A DNA stretch of 64,000 bases from Octopus vulgaris (GCA_951406725.2 OX597822.1:74400001-74464000), one strand, 5' to 3'. Positions 1-15,396 are shown, counted from the first letter of the stretch. Numbers and translations are program-made. The notes: generated from the letters alone by a model not told the origin.

Positions 1-1084
1 ACTCTTTTACTAGTTTCAGGCATTTGACTGCTGCCATGCTGGAGCACCGCCTTGAAGGGTTATAGCCGAAGAAATCAGCCCCAGAACTTATTCTTTGTAA
101 ACATAGTACTTATTCTATCGGGGTCTTTTTGCCGAAACGCTAAGTCACGGGGATATAGAGACACCGGTATCGGTTGTCAAGCAATGGCAGAAGTGGGGTG
201 GGGGGCGAAACACACACACATATCTATATATATGAAGGCGCGTGGCTTAGTGGTTAAGGCATTTGGCTCACGATCATAAGATCGTAAGTTCAGTTCCCGG
301 CGACGCGTTGTGTCCTTGAGCAAGACACTTTATTTTATGCTGCTCCAGACCACTCACCTGGCGAAAATGAGTAGTACCTGCATTTCAAAGGGACAGCCTT
401 GTCATACTATGTTAAGGGTACGCGTGTCTGTGGAGTGCTCAGCCACTTGCACGTTAATTTTAAGAGCAGGCTGTTCCGTCAACTGGAACCCTCGTCGTTG
501 GGACTAACGGAGTACCAGTATACACTACAGGCTTTTTTCGGTTTCCGTCTACCAAATCCATCCACAAGGTTTTGGTTGGCCTGACGTTCTAGTAGAAGAC
601 ACTTACTCACGGTGCCATGCAATGGAACTGAACCCGGAACCATGTGGTTAGGAAGCAAGCTTCTTACCACACAGCCACGCCTACGGCTATTTATGTATAT
701 ATACGAGGGGCTTTTTTTCAGTTTCCGTCGACCAAATCCACTCACAAGGCTTTGATTAGCCTGAGGCTCTTAGTAGAAGACACTTGCCCACAGTACCATG
801 TAATAGAACTGAACCCGGAACCATATAGTTGGAAAGCAAGCTTCTTACCGCTCAGCCGTATGTTTTTACTTCGGTTGAGGTTTTATGAATTTACCTTAGT
901 GCCTTGCCTGGGGTTCAACTACAGCTATAGCGTAGCGGATAAAGGCGTTGGTTAATGTGCTGCAGTCACCTAAAGGCTTTGAGTTCAATTCCAGACAATT
1001 CGCAAAAAATCAACTGAAGCAAAAACTGTCACGAAAAGCAGTAAACGAAATAAGAACAGTGTATCCTCGTCGATGAAACAAAAG

Positions 1085-1200
1085 GTTAGGTTCGAAATTC
1101 CGATAAAACAATTGAGTTCAATAGAAGACACCTGAAGAAGGCCGGAGAGCACAACAGCCGAAACATAGTAAATGCAACAATCAACATGAGGAACACCAGT
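1085..1200 (+). mobile_element. Old diverged relative of the hammerhead-bearing element tail
   Basis: AGGTTCGAAATT...AAGACACCTGAAGAAGGCCGGAGAGCACAACAGCCGAAACATAGT...AACAATCAACATGAGGA is collinear with 17375-17455. Confidence 0.55.
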
Positions 1201-1970
1201 CTGACCAATATAAAGAGTATACAAAAATACATTTCAACGCCATTTAATTCTATTTCCACCGTTACGGAAAGAAAAACCCGACAAAATGTTTCAAATTGCC
1301 CCAAACGAGGATATTATTGAGTACTCAGACACCGTTATATCTGTAGATGCGGACTGTCTACAACCCGGTGAGATCTCTGTAATAATATGCGTACAACATT
1401 TAGTCTGCGACATTTGACAGTGATGTTAATTGTCTGGAAATGCCTTGTTTTAATAGGGTGTACCCTATTGCTGCTTATATATATATATAAAATCTCTGAA
1501 TAGCCCAGTCCCAATGAAGAGGTTACAAAAGCATTCACCAGAAACATAAATCGGAGACCTTAACTACTGAGAATGCCTCTTTGCATTACAACCCTGTTCT
1601 TTGGAACACTGAATTATTATGACATCATATTTATCTATCTATATATATATGTATGTGTGTTGGGGGAGGTGTGATAGACAAGACGCAGTTTATATCATTT
1701 GTTCCCTACGTACGTTTCATCATTGTGTTTATTTGCATCACCTGCAGTAAATATTCAAAGTGCAACTGGCTGCTGAACCACAACAGTTCTTCAAGGAAAC
1801 ACTTTGTTGCTTTATTTTTTTCCCAGATCAAGTACTTACACAAGTAATACTATATACATACATATACACATGTATATATATGTTGGGTGGGGTGTATGTA
1901 TATACTGAAAGAGAGAGGAGAGAAATATATAGATAGGTAGGCAGACAGATAGATAGATAGATAGACAGAC

Positions 1971-2065
<95 letters not shown>

Positions 2066-2659
2066 AAGGACGATGCTATTATATTTGTTCATGTGAAAGA
2101 TTTTCGTAAATCTTGTTCCGAACTTTTCGAGGGCGAATACAAGATGAATGGGAGATACTGTCAGATCAGAACACTCTCTTCTTGAGACTCACATCAGGAA
2201 CATATACCGCAGCAGATTGGTATTTAAAGGTCATCAAATGAACAACTGTCTCCCAAAAGGTTGACAAAACATAAACAAACTTTCCCCCTCAGACATTTAA
2301 TACGTATCAAGATGCATCTCGTTGTAACCGAGCAGATCAGCCATCTGCAAAAGGCTACAGCTGAATCAGAGAAACCCCTGCCAATTCGTCGGTACACTGA
2401 GTTTACGAAGTTGAGATGCCACATACTGAGAAACCCAGAGAATCAGTGGACCGTTTGATAAACCCGGAGCCGATAAAAAATGCAAAATATTCAATACTGA
2501 AAATAGAATCTTGGCCATGGTAGGTAAAACAAATTAAGTAACTGAATAAGAAAATAATTTTAATTAAATATTTTTAAAATACAACTGAACGACTGGCTTT
2601 TATATATTCTTTAGTTTCGATTTATAGTTTATTAACTTATGAATTCGTTTCGGAATTTA

Positions 2660-2702
<43 letters not shown>

Positions 2703-2834
2703 ACACACATACACACATATAACGGAATTTCACGTAGAAAATATGTCAAGGTACATATATTATTTCAGCTTGTGAGACCTTTCCAAATTCATAGATATAT
2801 GTGCGTGCGTATTCATACATACACACACACACAT

Positions 2835-2870
<36 letters not shown>

Positions 2871-2944
2871 ACACATACACACACACATATATATATATAT
2901 ACACACATACAAACACACACACACAAATTCATACATCCATACAT

Positions 2945-3650
2945 AGCATTGCAAGTTGAGGTCAGTCTGTGGCATCGTCTGAATCCACCTTTCTGTCAAA
3001 TTCTTTGATGCTGTGCTGATTCTAGTTCATGCACTCCGAGGCGAAGAACTCCATCACCAAAGCTTCCTCCTCCTCCTCTTGGTTCATGAAGCATCGCGCG
3101 CGTAGGAAGTGGGACATGGATCGGAACAAGTAATAATCCAAGGGAGTCACGATCCAGATTATATGCTGGGTGTGGCATAAATTTGATTCCCTCAATTTCC
3201 TGTGGATTATTCCAGGTCGTTCGAGTGGTACGAGATCTTGCTGCTGAAGACCTCGGAATACACGGTTTTAGGTCTACCTGACCTTGCCTGACCGTCGAGG
3301 TTCTTGCAACCCGAGCAAAATGTCTTGAGCCATCAGTTACTGTATTCTGATCAATTGCGATTTCACCTTTCACACCACAAATGTTTTCGGTTGCTTTTCC
3401 GGCGTTATGGCCCAGTTCGAACTCGTAAAGCATATGTTTCCGAATTAGACTACGTTGCACGTTCATCTGTGCGACTTTCAAATCACAGACGGAGTAAAGC
3501 AATGCACAATGTGTCGATGCACCAGCCACCACGATACTACTAGCCTAAGTGAGTACTTTCTACTGCTTGAAATGCCCCAGTCACGTGATATACACGCTAC
3601 AGACTAGCACGTATTCAAATATTGCAAAACCTTTGACTCGCTTCAATATT
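2945..3650 (-). mobile_element. Internally deleted mariner transposase remnant
   Basis: MLYEFELGHNAGKATENICGVKGE (N-terminal HTH) and PHPAYNLD (degenerate HPPYSPDL) occur in ORF 2996..3532. Confidence 0.75.
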
Positions 3651-3663
3651 ATAAATGTTGTTT

Positions 3664-3960
3664 TTTGTTCCTTCTCGAGCCATGCCTGGCTCATAAGGGC
3701 CGGTTTCTCAGTTTCCTTGGCGTATAGTTTCCCCACCTGGACGGGACGCCGGTCCGTCGCAGGTGAGCTGCAAGATGCAGGAGGAAAGAGTGAAAGAAAG
3801 TTGTGGCGAAAGAATTAACAGAAGATCGTCATTACCTTCTGCCGGAGCCGCGTGGAACTTAGGTATTTCCCTCATAAACACATACATCGCTCGGCCTGAG
3901 ATTCGAACCCGCGATCCCTCGACCGCGAGCCCGCTGCTCTAACCACTAGGCCACGTGCCT
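3664..3960 (-). mobile_element. SINE with a group-B-like head and a different tail
   Basis: Head GGCACGTGGCCTAGTGGTTAG...GGTTCGAATC and tail CCTGCGACGGACCGGCGTCCCGTCCAGG...GAAACCGGCCCTTATGAGCCAGGCATGGCTCGAGAAGG. Confidence 0.7.
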
Positions 3961-4429
3961 CCACAATATTATAAATACGTTTATGAATTTCTTTTACAAG
4001 ATTTTTGATGTGGAATCGTGTGCCGAAACAGGTATTATTATATTTGGGGACGGTCATTTTGCCAATAAACACACGCACTATTTATCTGATCTTCATTATT
4101 ATTAATCATTATTTATTTGTCAGAGTTCTTTTGTCATACATCCCGCGACCTCTTCAATGATTTTCTGTTCCTCTCCATGTCTCTTATTCTCTCTAACATT
4201 TATCCAGGGTATTCCATCTTGTCTTTCTCTAGTGCATATGTACGTATGTATTTATGTATGTATGCATAAAGTAATACATACAAGATGGAATAGACAGAAC
4301 AAGGCAAAAGATAAGCGGAGATACGGGAAATTGGGTGAGGTAGTCATTGAAAAGGTTACATAATGTGTGACGAAAGAACTCTGACAAATAAACTAATAAT
4401 AATAATGACGCTAAAATGAAGATCATATG

Positions 4430-4990
<561 letters not shown>

Positions 4991-7900
4991 ACATGTCTAT
5001 GAATACAAATATCAATGTCCAGTCAATAATAATGTGCAAATGTATATTATCTCTAAAATAGGACAAGATGACATTATCCAGTGTAGCTACTTATTCGCAA
5101 TAACAAATTGTTTACAAGGATTGTGCATGTTTATTTCGTTGTCCATCGTAAACTTTCTGTACGCTGGTGTTTTATCAGTGCAGCTGTACGTCACTCCTAT
5201 TTCAACAACAACATCAATAAGAGACAAGGTCACCACAACTGCATCAATAATAAACAATGAGAATACTAGAGTAGCAACACATTCAAAACTATAGCAACAC
5301 TATAACAATCAATAGTATAGCGAGGACAACTCTATGGTAACATCAGCACCAACACTACAGTAACAGCAGCATCACAATACGTCACAGGACCAGTTATCTG
5401 ACGAGCTTGGGGCCGGAAGTGCCCGGATATCTGGATTTTCAAGTTTTCTTGAGACAGTCGACATACTTACTTAGAATATAAAATGAACTATGGAAAGTAA
5501 ATAGCTAAGATGTATCTAACAGATTCGAATTAATGCTCTCCTAAAACAGGATCTGTTTGATATTTATTAATGCACTTAAACTTCTTAATATATATTATAT
5601 TGCGCAAGCAGCGAGCTGGCGGAATCGTTAACACGTCGGTCAAAAATGCTTAGTGGCAATTCGTCAGTTTTTGCATCCTGAGTTCAAATTCCTCCGTGGT
5701 CGGCCAATGTCTTTTATCATTTCGAGGTCGATAAAATGGGTAGTTACTGATCATTGGTGTATATGTAATCGACTTTCCCTCATCCCGCCCCGAAATTCCT
5801 GGCCTTGTACCAATATTTTTAAACCGATATATATCATACAGTACCGTGAAAAAGTCTTCGGCCATTTTAAACTGTTGTAAATTTCTACTAATTGCCAACT
5901 TATAAATAGATGTTTCGCATTGCGTTTTTTACAGATGAAATATTGGCCCTTTTGGAGTCATTTCCATACCTAATCATAATATTTTGTTGTAGGGGTTCTG
6001 AATGAGAGGGGAAGAGTTTTCAGCCATCTCACTTTTGCACGGTGCTGTACTTTGCCATACATGCAGTACAATGCTTATAGAATGAAAAGTAAATGAAGAA
6101 AAGTAAAGAACCCGATTTTACTTAACAGATATAGATACAAATTAATAGACTTCTGAAGCAGAATATGTTTAATTTTTATCAATGTACTTGAAAAAGCAAA
6201 GAACAAAATTCTTAGTAACTCACCGTATGCAAATTAACCAACTTCAAAAACTGTTTACTAAATGCAGGATACATTATGTCGCTCGGTATTACACAGCATT
6301 TCTAGATTTCTGGAAGCCGGATAAGAGGTCCGATACTGTATTAACAAACGATGTATTTATTCTCTCGGTGTCTTTTGCCGAGTCGCTAAGTTACGAGTAT
6401 GTAAAGAAGCTGACATCGGTTGCCAACCGTTGGTGAGGGACAAAATACTCACCGCACACACGCACACACACGCGCTCACGACGGGCTTCTTTTAGTTTTC
6501 GTCTACCAAGTTCAGTTATAAGGCGTTGGTCGGTCCCGAGCTGTAGTAGAAGTCACTTGCCCAAGGTTTCACGCAGTGGGTCTGAACCCAAAACCATGGG
6601 AGTCATACGCAGTGGGATTGAACTTGAAATCACATGGTTTCAAAGTGAGCTTCTTAACGACAGAGCCATGAATAATTCTTATTTTAAATTTTGGCACAAG
6701 GCGAACAATTTCGGGGCGGGGTGGGGGTAAGTTGATTACATTAACCCCCAGTACTCACTCAACTGGTACTTATTTTATCGATCTCGAAAGAATGAAAGGC
6801 AAAGTCAACCTTGATCGAATTTGAACCCAGAAAATATAAACAGACGAAATGCGACTAAGCCTTTTGCCCGACGTGCTAACAATTCTGTCTGCTGGCCGCC
6901 TAGCAGCCATGAAAATAATTTTATTGACAACGACTCCCGAATGAGATTAAAAGTAAACGGGATCCTGGCGAGAATTTAAAATGTGGATGTAGCTAAATTG
7001 CCGGGAGTCAATTCGATGCTCCACAACTGCCTAATAAAACAATATAAGACTGCGTTGGTAAAAAAAAAATAAGGAAATATTAAGGAGGGTGTATACATTA
7101 TTTACGAGGGAGGGTTCTTTCGCATTAAATAATTATGAGAAATAGTCAGAAAGAAAGAGGAAGGAATTGTTTATTCGAAACATCGTGTCATTTCCCACTA
7201 AACTTTATCGAAAGAAAGTTAATAGTATTTTTAGTTCGATTTCATGGGGAAGAATTCAATGAGTGCAAACGCTCATAAAACACGATAATGTTGTCTTGTT
7301 ATCAAGTGGGTTAGATCTTATCTTGAAAATCTCTCTCATCTCGAAAGAACACCCGCACACACGTACACACACAAATACATACGCAAAGACTTTTAGCTAA
7401 ATACGCTCACACGCAAACATAAATACGACGCCGTTTAAAAACACCTTCAGTTTCACGATACGCATATATGATACATGCATACAAACAGTACGTGTCAGAC
7501 ACACAGACACCCGCTGTTATTTTAGAACACACACGTGTACGCGAATGTACCGACCCCATTTCAGTTCATATACATATAGTCATATCAGGCGTATCAGTTC
7601 ACACAAGTATCAGTCGACAGACACTGTTGACGAGCGATTCAAGTTTCAGTGCCACAGATCGCAGGATCAATCTTTCTGTCAGAATTAGACATTAATATTT
7701 TGCAGCAAACTCTACAATTTGTACTCATGGCGTACCTCTGATGATCATCTATCATAGGGGAGGCAAACTCTTTGAGGTTAAATGAAGTTAAGGCGGGTCT
7801 GTAAGTTTTAAATTTAAATCAAAGAATACAGAAAAAAATGTGTACAGAAAATACACATAAATTTCTAGTACCGCGGGTTGGCAGAACCGTTTGCGCGCCG

Positions 7901-8029
7901 GGCAAAATACTTAGCGGCATTTCGTCTGTCTTTACGTTATGAGTTCAAATTCCACTGAGGTCTGCTCTGCCTTTCATCACACATTCTACCAAATTATTTC
8001 TAACGTGTTTGTTCAAATATTTTCACATA

Positions 8030-9096
8030 CCGTACGTACTCGTGTAAAAGTCGAATTTTTTAGACCATTTTTAAAAGTCAAATTTATGGGGTCGACTATT
8101 ACATGGATTCCACTTTTGAGGGGCTGAAATTCAAGCTAGAATCCGAGGTACCGTATCAGCAGCAGAAGCCCAGTTGATCTCTAAACAAGTAAAAAGAAAA
8201 ACACAACGAGTTACTGTAATATTACCAATTCTATGCATCAAAACACGCATCCTAGCAAATAACAAAACAGATAAACCAGACCGCGTCGCTCTTATAAATA
8301 TTTACACTTTCTATTTTATTTGTATCCATCATACTTAACAGACTAGCTGAGTGATATCAATTTATATCTCATAATTATATCTCATAACAATATTTCATAT
8401 GTTGTCCTTCACAAAAAAATTGCAGGATGCCGTGTGCAATTACCAATAAATGTGCATAATATGGTGTAGAGTTATTAATCTGCTGTAGGGATCCCCAAAA
8501 TGTGTTCTGCGAAACCACAGGGTTCCCTGAAAGTTATCGAAGAAATAATGTCGAAGGATTCCGCGGCTAAATAAATTTGGGAACTACTGATCTAGCGATT
8601 AACTAAATATTTTTTTTAAGGCTTGCCAAAGTCATGCTTCAGTACGAATTCAACAGTGGCGTTTACCAGTGTTCACCAATAGTGCTGTCTGTGAAACACG
8701 TTTCTCACCATGTAAACAACGAGTGTATGACGTATGTGCTTATTATGCTTGAAGAGGTATGCAAGCATGCAGCATATCCTGTGCATACATTTTAGTAATG
8801 GTAATGTAGCACCCATCAACAGATGTGTAGTGCTTGCTATTAAATGGTGTTTTACGATATGCACCGAGCGTTCCATTATAAGCACCAAACATTCTACCTA
8901 TAGAGCATGTACAGTAAGGTAGCCACACACTTTTGTAACAGTGTTATTTCTACGTACAGGATAATACGGTACCTTGACCCACAAATATTGTTCTGTTGTT
9001 CGTGAAATACTAGGGTCGACTTTTATATTCCTAATTTTTGGCCAAAAAAGGGGCTCAACGTTAAAATGAGATCGACTATTACTCGACTATATATGG
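8030..9096. mobile_element. pogo/Tigger-like non-autonomous element, with a possible nested hAT MITE (about 8482-8589)
   Basis: Left end TA|CCGTACGTACTCGTGTAAAAGTCGA and right end TCGACTATTACTCGACTATATATGG, with repeated GGGTCGACT subterminal motifs. Confidence 0.55.
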
Positions 9097-11067
9097 TTTT
9101 CTTTTATCGAGCAGCATGCAACATTTTGAAAATTTTTACATGGCTACAAGCTTGGGTGTGTGGTTAAGAAGCTCGCTTTGTAACCATTTCCTTTTGGGTT
9201 CAGTCCCAATGCGCACCACTTTGGGCAAATGTCTTGTTTTTAAGTGAATTGGGTTGATGGAAGCTGTGTGGAAGGCGTAAGGCGGCGATCTGGCAGAAAC
9301 GTTAGCACGCCGGGCGAGATGCTTAGCAGTATTTCGTCTGCCGTTACTTTCTGAGTTCAAATTCTGCCACGGTCGACTTTGTCTTTCATCCTTTCGGGGT
9401 CGATTAAATAAGTACCAGTTACGCACTGGGGTCGATGTAATCGACTTAATCCGTTTGTCTGTCCTTGTTTGTTCTCTCTGTGTTTAGCCCCTTGTGGGTA
9501 GTAAAGAAATAGGTATTTCGCCTGCTGTTACGTTTTGAGTTCAAATTCCGCCGTGGTCGACTTTGCTTTTCATCTTTTCGGGGTCGATAAATTAAGTACC
9601 AGTTACGCACTGGGATCGATGTAATCGATTTAATCCCTTTATCTGTCCTTGTTTGCCTCCTCTGTGTTCAGCCCCTTGTGGGCAATAAAGAAATAGGAAA
9701 TTGTGTGGAAACCCATCGAATGTGCTGTGAGCGAGTATGTTTATGTCTTTGTGTGTGTTCCACTACAACCACCACTGCATAACAACTAGTGTTGATTTGT
9801 TTGTGTCCCTGTATCCTAGCAGTTTGGCAAAAGAGCACAGGGTGATAGAGATAGAAAGGGCGATAAAAATAAGTATCAGACATAAAAAATAAGCACTTGG
9901 GTCGATATAGTAAAGATATTTTTGCCAACATAACATTGTAGTCCTAGTTTAGGACTAATGATGCTGTAATTTAGCCACAGGAGACATCGTCTCCAGCTGG
10001 CTATACGACACGATCTGTGTCCTTATATTTTCGAACAAAGGAATCTAGCACCCCCACTCGGCTCAAAACAATAACTGTATTTATCGTATGATAAAATATT
10101 TCGGTAGACTTCAGCATTTAAAACTAGGTTAAGAACAGTTAACAGCAAAGGAACAAAACTAGTATCTCAATCGCTAAACTTCATATTATAAAGGCATATG
10201 TTACTAACATTAGTGTGTTCTGACGATTCGAACAAGCATTATTTCTCACACCATAAGATCTTACCCAGATTTTTTAATCTTAGCACTTTTCGCTAACGCA
10301 AACTATGACGAATTTTCTTAAATTCTATTGTTTTTCTTTATTATTCACCTTATTTAACGACTTTTCACACAACTATGCTTCACCTGTAACAATTCACTCA
10401 GGATTTAAACCCAAAACTTGAAATGACATTTGCTCCATTTTCTTTTTTGTCTTTTTACTTGCCTTACTGTAAACACGGCATTCTTCCCTCTTTTATAAAG
10501 CTTCTTTCACTGTAAGATTCTTCTCCAACTTTATTCCATGTAGTTTCTACCTAAAATTTCGTTTTATGTTATTGTTTATGTGGGGGGGGGGGGGATTTTT
10601 GAGGAGGGATTACCTTATCATCGCCTTGGGAATATTCGCGTTTAGATGAGATGCTTGAAAAATTTCTTCTTATTTCTATCTAAAAATAATTATACGAGAC
10701 TCAACTACACTTACTAGAGATCCTAGGTTGCATTATTAGATAATATTAACTCTCCTTGTGCTGATTAAAGATTTTTTGCCGGTGATGTAACGAGTTAATC
10801 ACATGCAAATTAGTTCCAGTAAACTCTTTCTATTGGCTAGTAAAAATAAAATGTGCGTATGAAATGTGAGGAATTCCCCAAAGTGACCCCGCTCTCAAAA
10901 ACGAGTTAACTCGGATCCTGCGTATCAAGTGCACACGCATTGATCCGAGTATACCTGATTCCGGCGCAGTAAGGCTTGAAAGGAATTTCACACCAGTGGA
11001 TCCAAAATGACAGTTTTCAGTGAATTTACATTAATTCTCAAGAATGAAACTCAATGATGATGATGAT

Positions 11068-11130
<63 letters not shown>

Positions 11131-12321
11131 CCTTTCTACTATATGCACAAGGCCTGAAAGTTTGGGGGAGGGGACTAGACGATTATATTGACCCCGAAAG
11201 GATGAAAGGCAAAATCGAACTCGGGGGAATTTGCACTCAGAACGTACAGACGGACAAAATGCCGCCGAGCATTTAGCCCGGCGTGCTCCGTCGGTTAGGA
11301 CGATAAGGATTGTTGTTGGTCAGATTAACGCAACAGCCTGCTCGTGAAATTAACGTGCAAGTGGCTGAGTACTCCACAGACACGTGTACCCTTTACGTAG
11401 TTCTCAGGGAGATTCGGCGTGACACAGAGTGCGACAAGCTGGCCCTTTGAAATACAGGTAGAACTCATTTTTTTTGTTCCAGATGAGTTGACTGGAGCAA
11501 CGTGAAATAAAGTGTCTTGCTCAAGGACACAAGGCGCCGCCAAGAACTAGGCTCATGACCTTGCAATCGTGAGCCGAATACCTCTAACCACTAAGCCACT
11601 TTTACCAAAATTCATTGATAAGATAGTAACAGTAATAAACGACGTGAACGTGACCATCACGGGTTTAATAAAATTGCACAAACATGAACATAAACTGTTC
11701 AAACGAAATACTATAAAAGCAGCAGTGTAGTTCCAGAGTAAAAAAAATTATATTCTTCAAAGCTACACATTTTCGAATATCAAAACAACAAAAAGAAAAT
11801 AAAGGAAAGTAAAAGAATAAAATTTGTCAATATTTCTTTAAATCGATAATGGTCTCAAATTTTGGCAGACGACCAGCAATTTTAGGGGAGAGGTTTGGGT
11901 GATTTCATGGATCTCAGTGCTCAATTAGTAATTGTTTTATTGACCCTGAAAGAATGAAAAGCAAATTCGATCTCTGTGGAATTTGAGCTCAAAACATAAA
12001 GCCGGAAGAGATGCCGCTAAAGAACTTTTTTGTCCGGTGTGTTAGCTTATATCACTAATAAAATGACACAGCTGGAAAGAGAAAGAGAGAGGTGGGGTAG
12101 GAGGGAGAGAAATGCAACAAAAATGTTAGCGTACGGAAAATGAATTTTTCAGAAATTGAAGAAAATATGAAAGTCGCTAAATCGGAAAGAATGAGAGAAA
12201 ATGACGATTTTTTTAACAAAAAGTTCTAAGCTAGTCTAAAATCATTCTGTCAACAACGAAGCAAAACATGAGAAACCAGTGCAGCACCAACAAGAAGAGG
12301 ACTAGAAAAAATTCTATGGAA

Positions 12322-12388
<67 letters not shown>

Positions 12389-14268
12389 TGTGTGTATGTG
12401 TGTGTATGTGTGTACGTGTGTGTGCATGTGTTTCTGTGTGTGTGTGCGTGTGTTTCTGTGTGTGTGTGCCTGCGCGCACACGTGTGTTTGCGTGTGTGTG
12501 TGAGAGAGTGCGTATGTACGTGTGTATGTGTGCGTGTGTGCACGTGTTGTGTCTGTCAGTGCGTGCGTGTGTGTGTGTTCACGTATGTCCGATGGTCTTC
12601 TGCACTGATTCCGCTCGTTGAAAATTTCACTCACAAAACATTGGTTCCAAATTATGACACAAGGCCAGCAATTAGGGAGGGAGGGAAGGGTAAGAAAATT
12701 ATCGGCGACATTTGAACTCAAAATGTTAAGACGGATGAAATGCCGCTAAACATTTTGTCCGGCGTGCTAACGACCTTACCAGTTCACCGCCCTTTACTCG
12801 CAAAATATTGATCAACCTGAGCTTACAGTAAAAGGCGCTTACCCAAGGTGCCACGCAGTTGGATCGAACCTGGAATCTAGTGTTTGCGAAGCTTCTTAAC
12901 CACACGAGTTTGCCTGCTCTTGTAAATCTTGTTTTTTTTTTTCCTTTTTTTGTGTCATATCAGTAAATGAAACCCGGAATTTAGTTTTCAGCACTTGGTT
13001 CTTGGTAGTTCACTTTACCTACACCTCAAATGGCATTAGGAAAAGCTTAGACATCTCAAAATTTTGTTTTTCTTTTGTCGTTTCTTATTTTTTAATAAAT
13101 CTTTCCACTACTTCCCCGTTGAAAATAAGCACAGATTTAAGATTCATAAAGCAATTTTGTAACATTCGTGTATTTCTCTTTACAATATTACAATAGTATT
13201 AACAAAATAAGTAATGTGCACTGTCTACAACCAAAAATGGGAAACAGGGTCACGGGCTCCGTTCACTGACAGCTTATCTCTTGACAACAGTTCCTGCTAG
13301 ATACTAGAAAACCTATGTTAAGTCTTGCCCTTCACATAAACAAATAGAGACATCAATAATCTATAATTAATTGTCAGCTTGTATGAAAAGGTTAGACTTA
13401 AGACCCAGAATATTTCTTTACAGATCATGTGTCATGAGAAAAGAAACAAGCTTGGATGTTTTTATTGCGAGATGATACGATAGGATAGGGTAAGGGATGA
13501 TAGTGAAGACTCTTTATTCTAAAAACAGCTGGTTTGAACGGGAAATCATACAGAGAGGGGGCTGCAAATTGTAAAGAAGGAAAAGAACTGGGGTCTTACT
13601 ATAAAAAAAGGTCAAGGAAAATATTCAGCACTCTGAATAAACTGACGTGCCCCCTCGACAGATGACGTCACATCCGCTTGAACATTTCTGAATCGGAGCT
13701 AAACAATTTATTATCGTTGAAAAAGGTTGTCAGTACTCATAGAGTGACATTAAAATCTGAACAAACCGAGTCCATGATCTTCTCTGGAACTATTTCAGTT
13801 TATGTAATTCATGCTTTTGAGAAAGGCATGAACTTCACAACAGCATAACCCTTCTACTGGGTTTTCAAATAAATTATCAGTTTGAAGGGGCTTTTTCTCT
13901 CTCTCTCTCTCTCTCTCCTACTTGGTACTGCATCGTCACATGCCTGAAAAGAGATAAAATTCATTCACATTTCAAAAGCGATAGACAAGAATAGAGTTAC
14001 AAACAAAAACTATAAAGCTATAAAATATTTTTTGTGCTAATTCAAGTTACATTGGAAAGGATAAATGGAAGAAAAACGAACGAATTTATCTGACAACCCA
14101 ATGAAAATATAAAATATCATAGATGTGCCATTGAGACTTTAGAAATTCCAAAAATTAATTCGTTCGACTTGTTTTATTGGAGAGCGGCAAAACATATAAA
14201 ATATAACCACTCCGAAATGCATGCGTCCAGCAATCTGACTAGGGAGCGCTGTGAACTGATTCGATGTA

Positions 14269-14904
14269 CGAGAGGAAGTCAAAAATCATCCGCACTTTGG
14301 CCATCTGTGTATACGTGCTTATAGCTGGTACTATTGTGGTCACGTGGTCGAAGTTTGAATATGATTGCGGCCATTTTTCTTTCTGGTTTTACAATGTAAG
14401 CATGGCTGCTCCACTAACAATGTGCTCCAAAGAAGTACAAAGAGCAGTGATCCGAGAGATGGTAATAGTGAACCGGTTCACCATTGCCATCTTTCGAGCT
14501 TGCTGAATCTTCTCATCAGTGGTAGAGGTTGACGGGCGTCACGCTCCCTCTTCACGAGTCACTTTTGTCTGGCCACCTTTAAACTTCTCGATCCTCTCAT
14601 ACACACTTCTACGTGTAGTGCACTGTCCCCCGTATTGTGCTAAAAACCTCCAATGAATTTAAGCTCCTGACACATCTTCCAACCAGAGAAATTAGATCAC
14701 TGCTCTTTGTTCTTATTTGGAGCACATTGCTAGTGGAGCAGCCATGCTTACACTGTAAAACAAGAAAGAAAAATGGCGCAATCAAATTCAAACTTCGATC
14801 ACATGACCACAATAATACCAACTATAAGCACGCATGACAGAAGGCAGTGTGACAATAATAAAGGTGTTATGGTGAAAGTGCGGATAATTTTTGATTTCCC
14901 TTCG
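14269..14904. mobile_element. Second mariner-derived foldback element
   Basis: Termini TA|CGAGAGGAAGTCAAAAATCATCCGCACTTT and AAAGTGCGGATAATTTTTGATTTCCCTTCG|TA. Both arms contain the transposase start MAAPL.MCSK..QRAVI, and the minus arm continues ...VYERIEKFKGG...RPSTSTTDEKI. Confidence 0.85.
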
Positions 14905-15209
14905 TATTTACACCTATTTATCTCCATCACAAGATACAGTGAATGGATTTCTTATAGGTTCAAATACACCTCAAGCATATTTGAACTGCTAACAAGTTTG
15001 TATAAAATATAACATTTAAACGAGGTACAAAGATTGTTGCTCGCATACGAAATGGGAAAAATAAGATGAGAATATATGACGTTCGTAACTTCTACAATAG
15101 CATAAGTGACATAAATGACAGAAAATAATTCTAAATGAAATCGAAAATTCATTGCTAAGATTTTTCAGCTGACAATTTAATTTCACTCTAAAGCAGTCAT
15201 CCCTTAGAT

Positions 15210-15396
15210 CAGTGCTCCGCAACCATTTTTTCACTTGCAGTACACTTCTATTCTTTTCAAAATTCGGCGGCACAACTGAACTAAAAATATAATTGAAAGT
15301 ATAGGAAAAAAATTTATATTTAGGTTACACTGCGATACACCTAGCATCGAATCGTGGAACACCATTGTGCCGCGGCATACCGGTTGCTGAGCACTG
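15210..15396. mobile_element. hAT (Charlie-like) MITE
   Basis: TIRs CAGTGCTCCGCAACC / GGTTGCTGAGCACTG with an 8-bp TSD CCTTAGAT / CATTAGAT. Confidence 0.75.

Noticed and set aside
13400-13900. Possible decayed hAT/zinc-finger transposase (NKLGCFYC-like fragment)
   Set aside because: Too degenerate to support without a translated homology search.
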